DNA of 62,198 nt, filler included, from Choristocarpus tenellus KU-1152 (taxonomy: Eukaryota; Protista; Phaeophyceae): the NCBI GenBank assembly GCA_964200185.2. It is 7 parts of 7 records of this genome, joined end to end, with 100 filler letters (N's around TTAATTAATTAA, not from the genome) between each part and the next. Parts side by side here need not be neighbours in the genome. Positions count along the whole stretch, not along the records: positions 38,020 to 44,718 come from CAXNAD020007536.1; positions 44,819 to 56,658 come from CAXNAD020002107.1; 5 more parts are not named here. One strand, written 5' to 3'. A program made the position numbers and the translations under genes. The notes under the pieces are model-generated. The model did not search any database. It was not told the origin of the DNA and saw only the letters and a list, made by a program, of their open reading frames with translations. This document shows positions 38,135-51,800 of this stretch, piece after piece; position 1 is the first letter of the stretch, and every line of letters begins with the position of its first letter.

Positions 38135-40052
38135 AGCTTGAGTGCAAAGAATCTGTTTCTCCTTGATGATGGTGGGTCACACGATGCTGACCCATCAAAG
38201 TCAGGGCGGAGCTCCAGGATCTACGGAGGAGGCTGCAGGAGGCTTGGGAGTGATGGCCGGGGAAGGTTTGGGATTGGAGCTGAGGCTGTTGTGGATGGGG
38301 GTGGTATAGAAGGCTGCATGAGTGAGGGAGCCAATACTGACAAAGATGGGCAATCATCTAGCTCACCCCCAGAGACCATGGGACTGGGGATGTTGGTTGA
38401 AGAGCTTCTCTGCAAGGAACAAGCTTGGAAAAGGTGAGGCAGTTGATACCCAGTGATGGCATTGTGAAGGTTTATTGTATTAAGGAGAGACGTTCCATTG
38501 TGTAGAAGTCACGCTTTGAACTAAAGTCTCGGGATATGGCTTGTCAAGAATTTTGGTTGGTGGCTACCTGTTGTGGCAAAAGTTCTTGAGTAGCAAATAA
38601 ATCCCCTCCTCATCTGCTCGTTTCCACTTGAGTAGGCAGACTGCCTGGCCATTCCCTGTAAGCACAAAAGATTTCCTGGCCCACACGACCTCCAACATTC
38701 CCAGACGCTTTACTCTATTAAATTGATGGAGTATGAGGCATCTGCAGTACCTTATTTATTTTTGAGGTGATTGCACTTGGTGTGTCCTCCCAGAGTTGCC
38801 TATGTAGTACACTGTAGAGTGATTTTTATTGTACAGGATGTAGGGATATTTAATCTAAATGCCCGCCTCATTAGTTACACACCTGGCCCACACTCAAACA
38901 CACGCATTGTGACACGACACAATGCCTCAGGGAACGCGCTCAGCTGCTGACAGTCATCAAGCTCCAACAACGCAAGATGATGCGGCACCCAGTTACGGTC
39001 AACACCTCCACCACCGTGTCCTCCTCCTCCTCAGCTCAGACATCCACCTCCTCCACCCCAGCCCTGCACAGAGGCGGGGTAAGGGGAAGTAGCGTATCCG
39101 GAGGCACAAGTGGTACTGGTAGGGGAGGTGGGGGATGCGTCAGCAAGCATCACCAGCGACAGCAGCACCACTCCTGGCACAAGTGGCCTGAGCACACAGA
39201 CACGACTTGGACGCAAGCTAGAGAGGATGAAATGCTCCCATTCTCATCGTCAGAGAGAAGTGAGCTTCTCAACAAGGTGGAAATGCAGCGGCAGGAGCTG
39301 GCATTGAGTAGGGGGGTAGATCAGGATGCACCGGCTGCTACTGTGAGTAGGGGACGGGTTGGAGGAAGGGTTCGGGGTGGGGGCGGTGACGAGGGCCGAG
39401 GACATGTGTACAAAGGGCATGTGGAGGAGTCAGTAGGTGCGGGTGTCAGCCATAGAGGAGTGGGCCACAGGCCCAAGCTTGAGAGCCGATTGAAGGTGCG
39501 TTGATGAGATCATGAAGGGATGCAAGTTTATGTTGGGGGAATCTTTTCATGTAAGGTAGGTGTTTGTTGGAGACAGGAATATTTGTTGTTAAAACGCTGT
39601 TGGGGATAGAGAGTAGCCTATGTGGGTACTCAATATGTGTTGCACTCAGCAGGTTTGAGGCTGACTTGTTGTACCACTTGTTGTATTGTGCTTCCAAACA
39701 CTCGATGCAGTAACTAATTTCTAGTCAGTTTGTTTCTATAAACTGCAGCTGTTTGGGCACACCGTGCTCACTTGCACGTGTTAATGCACCCATTCTTGTG
39801 CATGTGAAGGGCACATCCATGTAAATAGATGAATCAAGCAATAAATTATTGATAGTCAACTCTTGCTGCCTTGGCGTGTGGTGTGCCCTGCAGAACTTGG
39901 AGGGAGAAGTGCAGGGGGTCTTACAACGTCTTGTGCTGTTGGATGAGACTGTTCGGCAACAGGGTCATTCCCAGTCCAGCCTTAGCCATGAAAGTGGAAC
40001 TGCTATGAAGGACCAGCCCCCTCAAGCAGAGATAGGAATGTTCTATGCTTGA
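38135..40052 (+). CDS. Uncharacterised low-complexity / coiled-coil protein, 3' part
   Basis: Phase-compatible exons 38135-38433, 38931-39495 and 39894-40052; helical segments LVEELLCKEQAWKRERAQLLTVIKLQQRK and LESRLKNLEGEVQGVLQRL span the junctions; no family recognised. Confidence 0.62.
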
Positions 40053-43000
40053 CCTCATTACTTGGGGAGACAGCAGCTTGAGGTTGCAACCCCTTTCCCA
40101 TTTCTTCCCACCCTCTAAGGGCATTTTTGTGGACACTTGTGTAATTACAGAGGCTACAGGGGGGCAGCACATGGAAAAATCAATCAAGAAGAGTGGAAAG
40201 GTCAGCATGTTGTGCACTTTGGTTGTGGACTCTACCAGAGTAGAGTCCCAGCTGCATACACAGAATTTAAGGATGTGTTCTGTTTTTTATCGAGGAGCAT
40301 CAGCCCTTGCCCTTAAAGTCACCGTACATGGGGGAGTTGTCCACCCCATTTGTTGCTGTTGTAAGTTTGGTGGTGCAGATGCGTGCCTACTTACTAGGCA
40401 AAGGGCTGTGCACATCTTCAACACATACTGGTTATTTCCTACACCCTGCCACAACAGCCTTCTGGGGAGGGGGGAGAACCATTGAGTACCATTCGTTATT
40501 TTCCGTCAGGGTGTCCTACTTTTCTCATCAAGTGTAGAGGATACCACGACGAGAGTGTTGGATGGTGTGGGATGCTTGGTCTTTGTCATGGTGGTTAGGG
40601 CATGTGAGAAGGGCCTTGGTGTATTTTGTGATGGGGAGGTGTAGCTTTCCCATAACTGCAAGCTCGCCAGAACTCGCGGGAGAAAACACTCTGGTCACTG
40701 GTGTTGTCTGTATTTTGTTAAGTTGTTTGAGTGTTGCGTGTTTTGACTGTTGATATTTTGGTGTTTCTTCTGTTATGTGTGGTGAGTGTGTGTGGTTGCA
40801 GCAAGACGGATGAATGAGTTGACGTTAGCAGCAGCAATGGTGTGTCCCCCTGACCACCGCCTGCGCAATGATTATTGTGGGTGGGCCGCTTTGTACCCAT
40901 CCGTCGGTATAGTTTATCACGCTAAATGTGTTAGAATGGTGAATAGTGGTGAAGATGTTAGGGGAGACCAAATGTATCGAATGTAAAATACGAATTATCT
41001 GTTTGTTTTGTTATTGCTCATTTAAAAACGGTTGTTAGGTTGCAAGTTGTTAGGTTGCTGCTATGCTGCTCGGCACCCTTTGCCACATTTGGCTGAGGGC
41101 AGCATGGTTCTGCCCATTCCCTGCCGATAGGTCTCCTTGATTAAGCAGATTTTAAGTCGTTGTCATTGTTGGTTTTGTTGGTTATTATTGTGTTTTCTAC
41201 ATTAAAGAGAAGAGCATTTGGTGGTATATATATATATATACGTGGTCACTGTCTCGTAAATGCCAGACCTCACAGGCACACAGACAATACAGTACTTTGA
41301 AGTATACTATGCTGTTTATATACCTTAAGTATAACCATTGTGCTTGAAAGTACATCTGAGGATTTTCTCTCTCACACTCTTCCAGGAGAAGAACGCATTG
41401 TTCCGAATTCTTTATGGTTCCTTGGTATACAATTTGCTCTGAATTATCTGATGCGCTGCGTACACACTAGCACTGTTGTCAAAAAAAACATTTCAATGAA
41501 CTGTTGTTTGGGGGAATGGGCATTATTGTTTACCAGGACGCATTTGAAGACACTTCGTCCGTAGGGAATCTTAATGTAGCAGGCACACCATCGCACACTT
41601 TTAAGTATTACTTGTGTGTTGGAAAATAAAAACAAAAGAACAATGGTATGTATACATGAATCTATTCTGATATCAATTGGTTGGTTGTGCCTCTTTTAAA
41701 TTTCACAACCATATATATGCCGTTATTTCCCTTGTATTCATTTGAACAGAAGGTGAGTGAGACCCTGAACATGATGTGCAGTCTGGTACAGTAAGATCAG
41801 CTTGTTACTGTGGAATATTTTGTGCAGAAGAAGAGCCTTTTGATTGGCTAGGCAAGGGATGTCACATACTGTTCACAAAACTCGTGGGCACATCTTGAGG
41901 TCAGCTTGATTATTTCTGAGCACTACTTACTCATTTTTCGTATTACTATCAATTGATGTAGCCTGAAGCCAGTTGCAACAGAAACAGTAGTGTAGTTGCT
42001 TGTTATCGATCCCTACAATAACAATAGCGCAATACTAGGTTGAGATCTGCCTGGCAATGTTTCCCGCTCTAATCCTCACCCCTGCCATCCTCCTTGAAGC
42101 AAAAAATGCCACAATTTAGTATTGGGTGGCTGTTTTTAAGATGAAAAACAAATCTAGAGATGAGTGACCCACATGGAATTAATTGCGTACATCATCTGTA
42201 AGGGGTCACAAGATCAGACAACAACACAAAAAAGTCAACAAATAACGTAGGGTGGAGGGGGTGAAGGTTAAAGTTTTGTTTGAAGTGATGACACAATCCC
42301 CCAGTTCTTGTAGCAAATTGGTTGTTGGTTTCATCATTGTAGAGGAAGAGATAAGGTTTTGGGAAATATACTTATGTCAGGGACAGGTGCCCTTTTCGGG
42401 ATCTCCCAACAATGATGAGGGTAATGCACGCAGTCATACACATTTGCTCGCGCCACCTTCTGTCATTGAGACCAGGTCAGGAGATGTGGTGTGGGTCAGA
42501 TGCACGACCCGCTTGCTGTATCCCCAACGTGAACGAGGGATTCAAACCAGCAAGGCCCAAGATTGTGTTTTCTGTTGTGACTGGTCGCAACCAATCACAG
42601 TGGAGATTGATCCACATGCCACTCTGAGACTGTCAACATACACCCAGCATGCCTCAGTCTCATCTCTTGCTTCGTTTCTGAACCTTATTATCTCTGCTGG
42701 TTCTCATCACCCCCCATCACACAGAACCAAGCCCCGTAACACATCAAATAATAACGCGTACTCTCCTCGATCGAGTAGATAGATATGCAGTGGGTATATT
42801 ATGCAAAGAGTCGGCAGCCTCATGATGTTTACAACACTTGTCTTGGCGCTTTATGTCGCGTCGCAAATATCATATAGCCCATACGGGATGGATTCCTGTG
42901 GCAGATGAGATGTACCCTTTTCATGTTCGAATCATCGTATTATAATGCCTTGTGTCTTAATAAGCAAAAATCTAAAAAATGCAAAAATTCTTCTGTCAGA

Positions 43001-43181
43001 ATTGTTAAGCATATAGTCAGTCAAAAGAAAAAGAAATCTCTATAATTACTTGCGGAACCTATGCCCCTGCTCGCAAGTGTTCGACCTAGACTGCAGCAAG
43101 CGTTTTGTTTCAAGGGCGTGACAATGGCCACACCATCTTCTAACCCACACTACACAGCAGCACCACAATTACGCATCATCT

Positions 43182-43436
43182 GAGCCAAACCAAATGAGAG
43201 GTAAGCAGCTTTGGACCCCTTTGCATTCTAAGCCTTATTTCTTACCAATTGCAACACTCTATTTCATCGCTTAATGTGCACAATAGTGTACGCAAAATTG
43301 ATATTCCCCCTTTCCACACACAAAATGACACCACAAATCAGCAAAAGAACTTTCTGCAATTGTACAAAACGGAATATTTCTGCCCTTTCTCGGGATCTAA
43401 AGTGCAACCCTGTCTACCTCTCAGTTAGTTTGACTC
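43182..43436. mobile_element. MITE subfamily C, complete copy
   Basis: GAGCCAAACCAAATGAGAGGTA...TACCTCTCAGTTAGTTTGACTC flanked by ATCT/ATCT. Confidence 0.9.
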
Positions 43437-44272
43437 ATCTATCTTTAGTGTAGCACGAACCATGAACACCCAAACCCATAATCTGAACTAACACAATACG
43501 TCCTTGCCCACAAAATGATATGAATTACAATGTGTCCAGTGGCTAGATCCACGTGACACCTGATGCATTGTCTCATGAACCAAACCACATCGCACCACAC
43601 AAAATTCGAATCTATAATATGACCCAATCCATGAACAATCAATTCAAACCCACAACCTGAACACAACATGCCACTGCCCACAAGGTTCTAAACATCAACA
43701 CGATTTAAGGCAGGACACTACCCCAGCAGTCAGCACCCTGCCAATCCATTACTCTAGTCTCAGAACCTACTCCACCCACAGTGTCAACACAGAATAACAA
43801 TGACATCAATGGCGGCCATATGTTTAGCCATCTCCACCCCCCAAAACCGTACCCTCTTGAGACTCTAGGCTCGAAAGCATATACATAGGGTACAAAGCTC
43901 AAACACCAGAAAATCACAAAATCCCCCTACAAAAAAGTTCAGAGGTCAGCAAATACACCTCTAAACAATAATGTACATGCTCTACAGTATAGGGTTGACA
44001 TCAGTGGTTATGACTCCAGTGTGTCAAGTGTATAATCACCACAGGTTCTATAGTGCCCATCTACTTTCCTCTTTACAGGATGGAACACTGCCACAGCCCA
44101 ATAGCTAAAACCTATTTTGCAACATGCACCACAAGCTATGATCAACCTCCCACCCAAAACACATAATGCTTTCCCAGTCGCTGGGTGCAATCCTTGGATG
44201 CATGCCTTCACTGCCCAAGGACTCCTCTACGCACCACTCAATCGTCTACCCTGCAAAAATCTAGACACCTAA

Positions 44273-44567
44273 TCAGACACTACCACTCCCTATACCACCA
44301 CCATTGCGTAGGGTTTGATACTCCCCCTGCTGAAGTCTTATCACTATGGACATCAATGCCGCCCCAACAGCCATGCCACACAGCCCTATCACAATAGCTT
44401 TCCCGGAGAACCAGGACGTATCAGTGGAAAGGGGAGAGGTGACAGAGGACGAAGGCTCAGTAGGAGTGCTGAAACTTTCAGGTGGGTTGGACACAGCATC
44501 AAATGCAGCAGTGCGCGCATGTCCTGCACGTTCAGTGAGGAAGTAATCCTTCTCGGTCTGCCACACC
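44273..44567 (-). CDS. Terminal exon of an unknown type-I membrane protein
   Basis: Acceptor tgtcag; Ser/Thr/Pro stalk, transmembrane segment AIVIGLCGMAVGAALMSIVI, short tail with YQTL (YxxPhi-like); rest of gene is beyond the contig end. Confidence 0.6.
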
Positions 44568-44718
44568 CTGACAGATTTAACCTAAGAATTAGGGACAGTG
44601 TAAGAGTAAAGTAGTCGGGTGTCGGAGGGGGGGGGGGGGGGAGGAAAAAAAAAGAGGGGGGGGGAATGAGGGGTGCCAGGGCGGGGGAGGGGGGGTTAAG
44701 TGGGGATGGTGGGGAGGG

Positions 44719-44818
44719 NNNNNNNNNNNNNNNNNNNNNNNNNNNNNNNNNNNNNNNNNNNNTTAATTAATTAANNNNNNNNNNNNNNNNNNNNNNNNNN
44801 NNNNNNNNNNNNNNNNNN
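44719..44818. other. Artificial contig-joining spacer
   Basis: N44-TTAATTAATTAA-N44. Confidence 0.98.
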
Positions 44819-47800
44819 GGGTCTGTTGGATTCTTGGGATGCCTCCCTAGCCCCCCCCCCCGGGGCGCAGGAGTAGGTAGATGGGAAGCACAGGAAGGCA
44901 GTAGTGCAATATTGATAGTGGTGAAGTAACTGATTAGTAGTTTTCATACTTACAGTGTTTTATAGTGTTTTTACATTTGTGATACTTTATTTCTTCAGAG
45001 CATATATATTGACACATGTATAGTTTTCATTTGTTTTCCACCTGACACATCTGCAAAATGTCAGAGGGCATAATAATACAAATAATTCAGTGTACGTTTT
45101 ACCATGTAACTCAACTACTAGCCTTCGGCAACGAGTCTTACATGCGCCAAGCTTTTCAACATGATAAACACAAACAGACACTTCGTGAACTAGAGTGCCT
45201 CAAGTAAAGACCAACTCTGCACGGAAAAGGTCTGCCCACCCACCCACTCCCCTCACTGGCAGAATCTGAAGCGGTGCTAGCTGTATTCCACCTCTTCTGC
45301 TCAGGTCTCCATAGCTCCTAGCAAAGCTTCTGCGGTATGTCCTTAACCTGTTAGCCGAATTCCGACTTTCTTCTTTCCGGCTCATTCCTTTGTGGGCGAA
45401 ATGCCACAGGGGAGTTAGTACCTCTCTATCCAGAAGCCTTATCCTGCTTATGGTCCGAGACTACAACACATCTTCAACAATAAATTGCCAGGAGGAAATA
45501 ACCGCCACTTACTTGGGGTATATGGTAACGTACACATTGGTGATTTCCCTTTGAAGTATTTCCCAGTGGCTCTAGATGGGGCAGATCCGGTCGGAAAACA
45601 GTAATAGTTTTGCACCCTTCTCCACCTCTGCCATCACAGTACATGTGGGGAAAGCTGTTGACACGGTAGACTGTGATCAGGGATTACGCCGTACATGCTT
45701 TCTCTGAGCTGTACGATGCATGCCGTTTCAATATCGTACCCCCCAAATGCGTTTAGGAACATCATCAGGTCATAAATACATGAACTTACTGCCCACGGTC
45801 GTTCGCAGAAGCAAGCCTCCTGTTAAAGCAGGGTGCACTGGCAAATCCGGCGTCTCTGCTACAGTTCGGACCTAGCCCTTGGCTGTGACATTTACGTACA
45901 CTTTCGTCGGCTCTATTAGTCGCTTCTCCTTCTCCATGTCTCTTAGGCCTCCCTTCACTGACAGGGTGACATACACGATTGGTACGGCCTGAACGGCCTT
46001 TAGGATATGGGTGGAGACCATTGTAGTCTCCCTTTCCAGATGTCGGGATCTGAGCGAAGAGCCCCTTCAGTCCCCAGACACACCCTCATTCGATCAAATT
46101 GTACATGGGGTCTGAGAGGGGAACTTCATCTTCTCCTTCTCCCCATAGATGTGAAAAGCTGTCTGTGATCAACCTGATATGTTGACTGATTGGAACTATG
46201 AAGAAACTGACGAAGGGTGGATCTCTGTCAAGAAAAAATGTTTGTTCTCTAGGAAATGTGACGAGATTAGCAATTAAGATAGATGGTCGATTTAAAAACG
46301 ACCAATGAAAAGTGATCAGAATATTTCTTGGTTCACATTTTCACTTTTCCTTTGTCCATTATTCTCAATTTAAAATGTCAGGCTAATACAAGTAATTGTA
46401 CTTACCCTACATTCCTTCATTGTTATCACGCGTTGGATATAGTAATAGTAGATTCAGTATCATCTCTCACTTCGTTTCCTCCCGTAACGAATCTTCTCCA
46501 GATCTTCAGTGTCCGTTATTGTCGTTAGAGTAAGATCATAAGGTACAGGTGTACCTCCCCAATGCACTTGCTATGTGGCGACCAAAGTCAAATCTCTTTT
46601 GAACAAACCCGTATTGAATATTCTATACTACAATCTCATTTATCAATAATAGTAAGAGAGTAAGGTACAGGTGCACCTCTCCAATGTACTTCCCACATCT
46701 CCATCAAATTAAAATATTTTGGGAAGAAAATCTGACCTAGACCAGGGATGAAATCATGGCATTCCCGTTCGGAATAGGAACGAACCACCACCTGATGATG
46801 ATGATCTACATGGACAAGATCGTAACGGAATGATTTAAATAAAATTAGACCACAACAACAGTCAGTCGTGGAATAGAACGGATCACATGTACTTGTGACA
46901 AGTTTTTGTTGACAAGGAGTTCGATATTTCCTATTTCGTTCGAATAACTAGTAATAATGATTTTTGTCACACCACAACACAATGAGGTATAATCACGACA
47001 CTTTGGAGAGTGTTCAGTCGAAACCAACACTGTACTATCTCGTAACACACTTGTAAAAATTACTAGTCTTACAGGGGAACGTACGCCACGTTTTAATGGC
47101 AACTTATGTCACTAACTATTTGCGCCAGGCAGGGTGTTTGGAGCATGACACAGTGTAAATGTTTTGGTCCAGAGTGTTACGGCAAATACACTGTATGTTT
47201 TAGTCATCAGTGACATTGGCATAAAACATTGTTGAGTACTACGTTGTCCTCACTAAAAAAATGTATAATAGGAAAATTATAGCAAATGTGAGTGGGGTTA
47301 CCCCTCTACAGATAGGCACCTCCATATACCCCGTAAACCTCTCGTCTCGAAATATCAAATAGTCTTCTACGCTTAGATCTGTCTTCAAAATTATTCAGAT
47401 GTTCCCAATTGAATTCATCATCGAACATACGAAACGAAAGAGATGAGTTCAGTTTCCAAAATGTGCAAAACAAATTCAAGAGACAATTAATTGTTTTGGG
47501 AAAGTGAGGATATGAAAAACATGCTTTTCGAATTCTAACTCAAGAATTTTTTTGGAAAGCAAATAAATGCTGAGGTTTCAAGGTTTCATTCAATATTTTA
47601 TCCTATGCATTGCTTGCGGATCAATCCGTTTGGGTATATCTTCAAACGTCTCAATATATTACATATCTAATCCTTGAAGTTATTGGTATTACCATACTAA
47701 AAATAAGGAAAAAGGAAATGAGTCAAAGAGTAGGACTCAAGTCATGTCCAGAAACTGAACACCGAAGCATGTTTTAAATCTGGTATGGTGTAATTCGATC

Positions 47801-48810
47801 CCAAACTCTACTGAACCAGCGACATTGAGATTTTTCATGATGAAAACAAGGACGGAAAAAAATGCTTTACTACTTACTTCCTGCATAACTTTGCGCCTTT
47901 CTAGCATTATTCATCTGAGTGAACAGGATGTGTGTGAACAAAATATTATGAATCAGGCTATTTTCTTGAATCAAGTATTTCAGCATCATCAGCCCGTACT
48001 TACAGATTGGTCAATGTGACAATGTCTTACACATTCAAAGCAGGGCAAGCATAAGATCGCCACACCTGTTTTCGTTATCACCTCTGTTCTCTCTTTACGG
48101 TAAAAAATGCATATGCAACGTATTGACAATATCTACCACTAAATATAACTAGACTTCCTTTGTTGACCCCAAGGTCAACAAAGAAGTCCCCACTATCAAT
48201 TAATACTAAACTATTCCCATGCATATAAAGAAAATACTAGAGATGTAACACTTCTCTTTGATGAGACTATCGCATCCCCACAACACAGCACCAATCCTTT
48301 GCTCACTCACACAAGGTAACAATTTTGTTTCAACCTGTGGGGCACTAGCTGGCTACTTTGAGTACCTTCTCTTCTCACACAAGTGGTTTGATCACATACA
48401 GGGTCCCTTAGCAAGTAAAAACATTTTGAAGTACATACATCATGGTTGGATACATACCAAATAAAAGCACACTAGAAAACAAAAACTCATACCCTGATAT
48501 TTGCAAGAGGTGCAAGGGGTATATGGAGAGGAAGAAATACAGAGCTCTACGAGGGGGAGGACAAAAAAGTGTATGCCTCAGGTCCAGCCTACTCTATGTA
48601 TCACAAAAAGCCTGTCAGCTGTTGAACTAGAGGACCAAACCCATCGATTGATGCACCCTGCCACTCCAATGCGATCAGGGCGCAATTGAAGCTATCAGTG
48701 TAGCACAGAAAAACGACAGGGCAGCATGCAAACATCGAAGCATATCTATGTTCACCCTTATATCCTGGCAAAAAGAGGCACTATCATTAATCAGCCACAA
48801 AAAAAGGCAT

Positions 48811-51800
48811 TCACTTGTGTTTCATGAGACCCGACACATGTCCCCCAAGGGAACTCATCATATCCTGTGTTCCTGGCGGAGCAATGAAACCTGGGGCATC
48901 AAGGTCCATCTTGGGCATTTGGTAACCGCCCATCATTGGATTCATACCATACCCTCCCATCATTGGATTCATACCGTACCCACCGGCCATCATGGGATTC
49001 ATTGGGTATCCATTCATCATTGGATTCATACCATAGCCAGCCATCATCTGGCCAGTCATCATTGGGTTGCCAGCCACCATTGGATTGCCAGCCACCATTG
49101 GATTGCCAGCTACCATGGGATTCATACTGTAGCCACCTAACATTGAGCCGCCCATCATGGGATTCATACCATAGCCACCCATCATCGAGCCACCCATCAT
49201 CGAGCCACCCATCATGGGATTCACACCGTAGGCACCCATCATGGGATTCATTCCATAACCTGGGTACATACCCTGAGGCACACGAAGTGAGACAGGTTGT
49301 AGATAACACTAGTGGGTTAACTTTTGCAATAGGAGATGAGAATATTCCCAACGGCTTACCTGCGGAAACTCTCTCGAGGAATCTGGTTTGAAATGCTCTT
49401 GAAATACTCACTTAAGCCCACACAAACAATTCCCCATTCCCCTACCTCACAACCATATAGATGCCCTTCAACACACTCAATACAGAACCATGAATGCAAC
49501 ACAAAATGCATCGTGAGAATTGCGCGTTCCTCCCACCTGCATCCCTGGAATGAAAGGGTTCTGCTGTGACATCAATGCGGCCCCAGCCAATGCCCCAGCC
49601 ATCGGGTACTGCAAATGTTAATGTTTGGAGGTTTGTAAAATTGTTGCAGGGCCATCAGCAACAGAAAATGGGAGACAGCAAGGGTTGCATGTTACAGAGA
49701 ATCAAAACAAAGGATGTCAGAGGAAGATAGTCACCATACCTCTCTCCCACTTGTATGCAACGATTATCGTGTCATGCCAACGCATCATGCGATGATAACT
49801 GACAGGGACACCCTACAATAGTCTATCTATCTCAGGTAGTGCATACATAGTGGAAGCAACTTGTGATCAAGATATATTGAAAAAACATTGCGGCACAAGA
49901 AAGACTTGGAGTGTGGAATAGAAGCAGACTCCACTTTAAAATAAAAGATCAACCAAAATCTAGCACCGCTCACTAATGAACACCATCCTCAAAAGCGCTC
50001 CACCTGCAAATTTTGACTTCCATTTTGAAGGGGATATGGTCTCCTGTCCACGTTCTTCCCAGAAGAATCTAGCGAGCCCCCGCATGCCATATTCCTGCAC
50101 ATTTGCATCAAATAGGCAACAACAGAAGTTAACCTAAAAGCAAACCCAGTCATCACATCACGCAACCTCATTGTGCGGAAGAGGGACAGGCACTACAGGT
50201 AGAAAATGCAGTACAAGAGAGGTAGAGATGACAGAGGAAGGAGAACAGAACACGCACCCAAGTTTACACTTGAAAAGCATACTGTCTTCATCGACCTCAT
50301 CCCACCTGCAGTGTTCGTTCAAATTGAAGTCAAAAACAACAATGTGCCTGGGTAGCCCACATGACAAGCACACAAGCACACAAGCACACAAGTACACACA
50401 CACACACACACACACTGGACTGTATGTCTCGATCACAACCTAACATGCCCGCCCTACCTCCCTCATAATACATACCCTTCACTCACAGAAAACACAAACC
50501 TTACCATTTACACCAACTCCCACTAAAACACAGCAAACTGTAACTCCGTTCAGAAAGTAAATAGGACACTTCTCAGAATGCCTTGCTACTGCATCAAATA
50601 CAATCAAATACTTGTATCCTCTTGCAATCTGTACATATTGCTGGTACTGATCCATACCTGGATAAAGCAACCAAGTGCTGAACCTACAAATCTTTGTATG
50701 TGTGCTTCCATCTCCATCTTAAGACTAGCAAAACATCCTATGAACACTTACACAGATCTATCGTTGGGATCTCCCCGCTTAATGCAAGCCTCTAAGTTGA
50801 TCCTGCCGGATGGTTCCCCCTTACTGTCATATATGATATGCCATTCGTCCCTAGGCATGCAGGTAAAGGTACTGTATCACCAATGTTGAAAAAACGGTAG
50901 ATCACACAGTGGGGAGAGGGGCGCAGACACGTGGGTTAAAAAAAACAAAAAAAAATAGAACTCGAAGAGGTGCGGGATATGGGTTTAAAACGTGTATTGC
51001 ACTATTTGGTGAAGTTGAACTCGCAGGGGTTTATGATCAAGAGCCTGCAAATTGGTGCTGTCATCAACTTCAAGTAGCATGCGCACAAGATAGAGAGTAA
51101 CACGCCTCCATCAACTTCCTTGTTCAAACTGCGGCGTGCGGAAAGGTGAGTATCAATTTTACGTACACTATTGTACGCATGAATCAATCAAATAGTGCAT
51201 TGCACAGGGTAAAAAAGATTGATTGAAATACAGCAGGGTCCAAACCTGCCTGCCTCTCACTTGTTTTGGCTCGTATGATGAGTAAAAAATGTATCCTTTT
51301 AGATGTATTTTGATTTATGTGAGGTTGTGTAACTTTTGGTTGTATATGGTGATGTTCAATGGAGATGTGTACTCGAAGGTCTCTACCTTGCACCCCTGAT
51401 CTGAACTCATGCATTTGAGGGCAGCAAGATCACACCAGTTGAGGGCTAAGAAACAAATAAAAATTCCTACATCTTTCACCCCAACTAACTGCACAAACCG
51501 CCATACAAACATTTGCAAGAACCTTTTATCTTCCCCCGGGCAGCACCTGTTCCTACAAAGAAGTCGAAGTCGATTCTTTTATCTATATCCATCAACAACG
51601 AGCAGGTGAATTGGAAACCAATTTCATTTTTTCAACTATCATCAACCGTCGTAAGGGAATACACCTCAGAAGAGTAATATATATATATATATATTGGAGC
51701 ACACTTGAAACTTGAAAAATGAACCAACACAAAATGAAGTTGTTAAATCTCTCATAGAGTCAAGCACACAGTGAAGCACTGGTGGTGACGTGTCCCAATA

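Noticed and set aside
42252-42782. 176-aa ORF
   Set aside because: No recognisable domain or consistent splice partners
48748-49411. His-rich (HHWIH), SSLD and WYES repeat ORFs
   Set aside because: Shadow frames of the Met/Gly-rich exon, which has a proper acceptor and phase continuity
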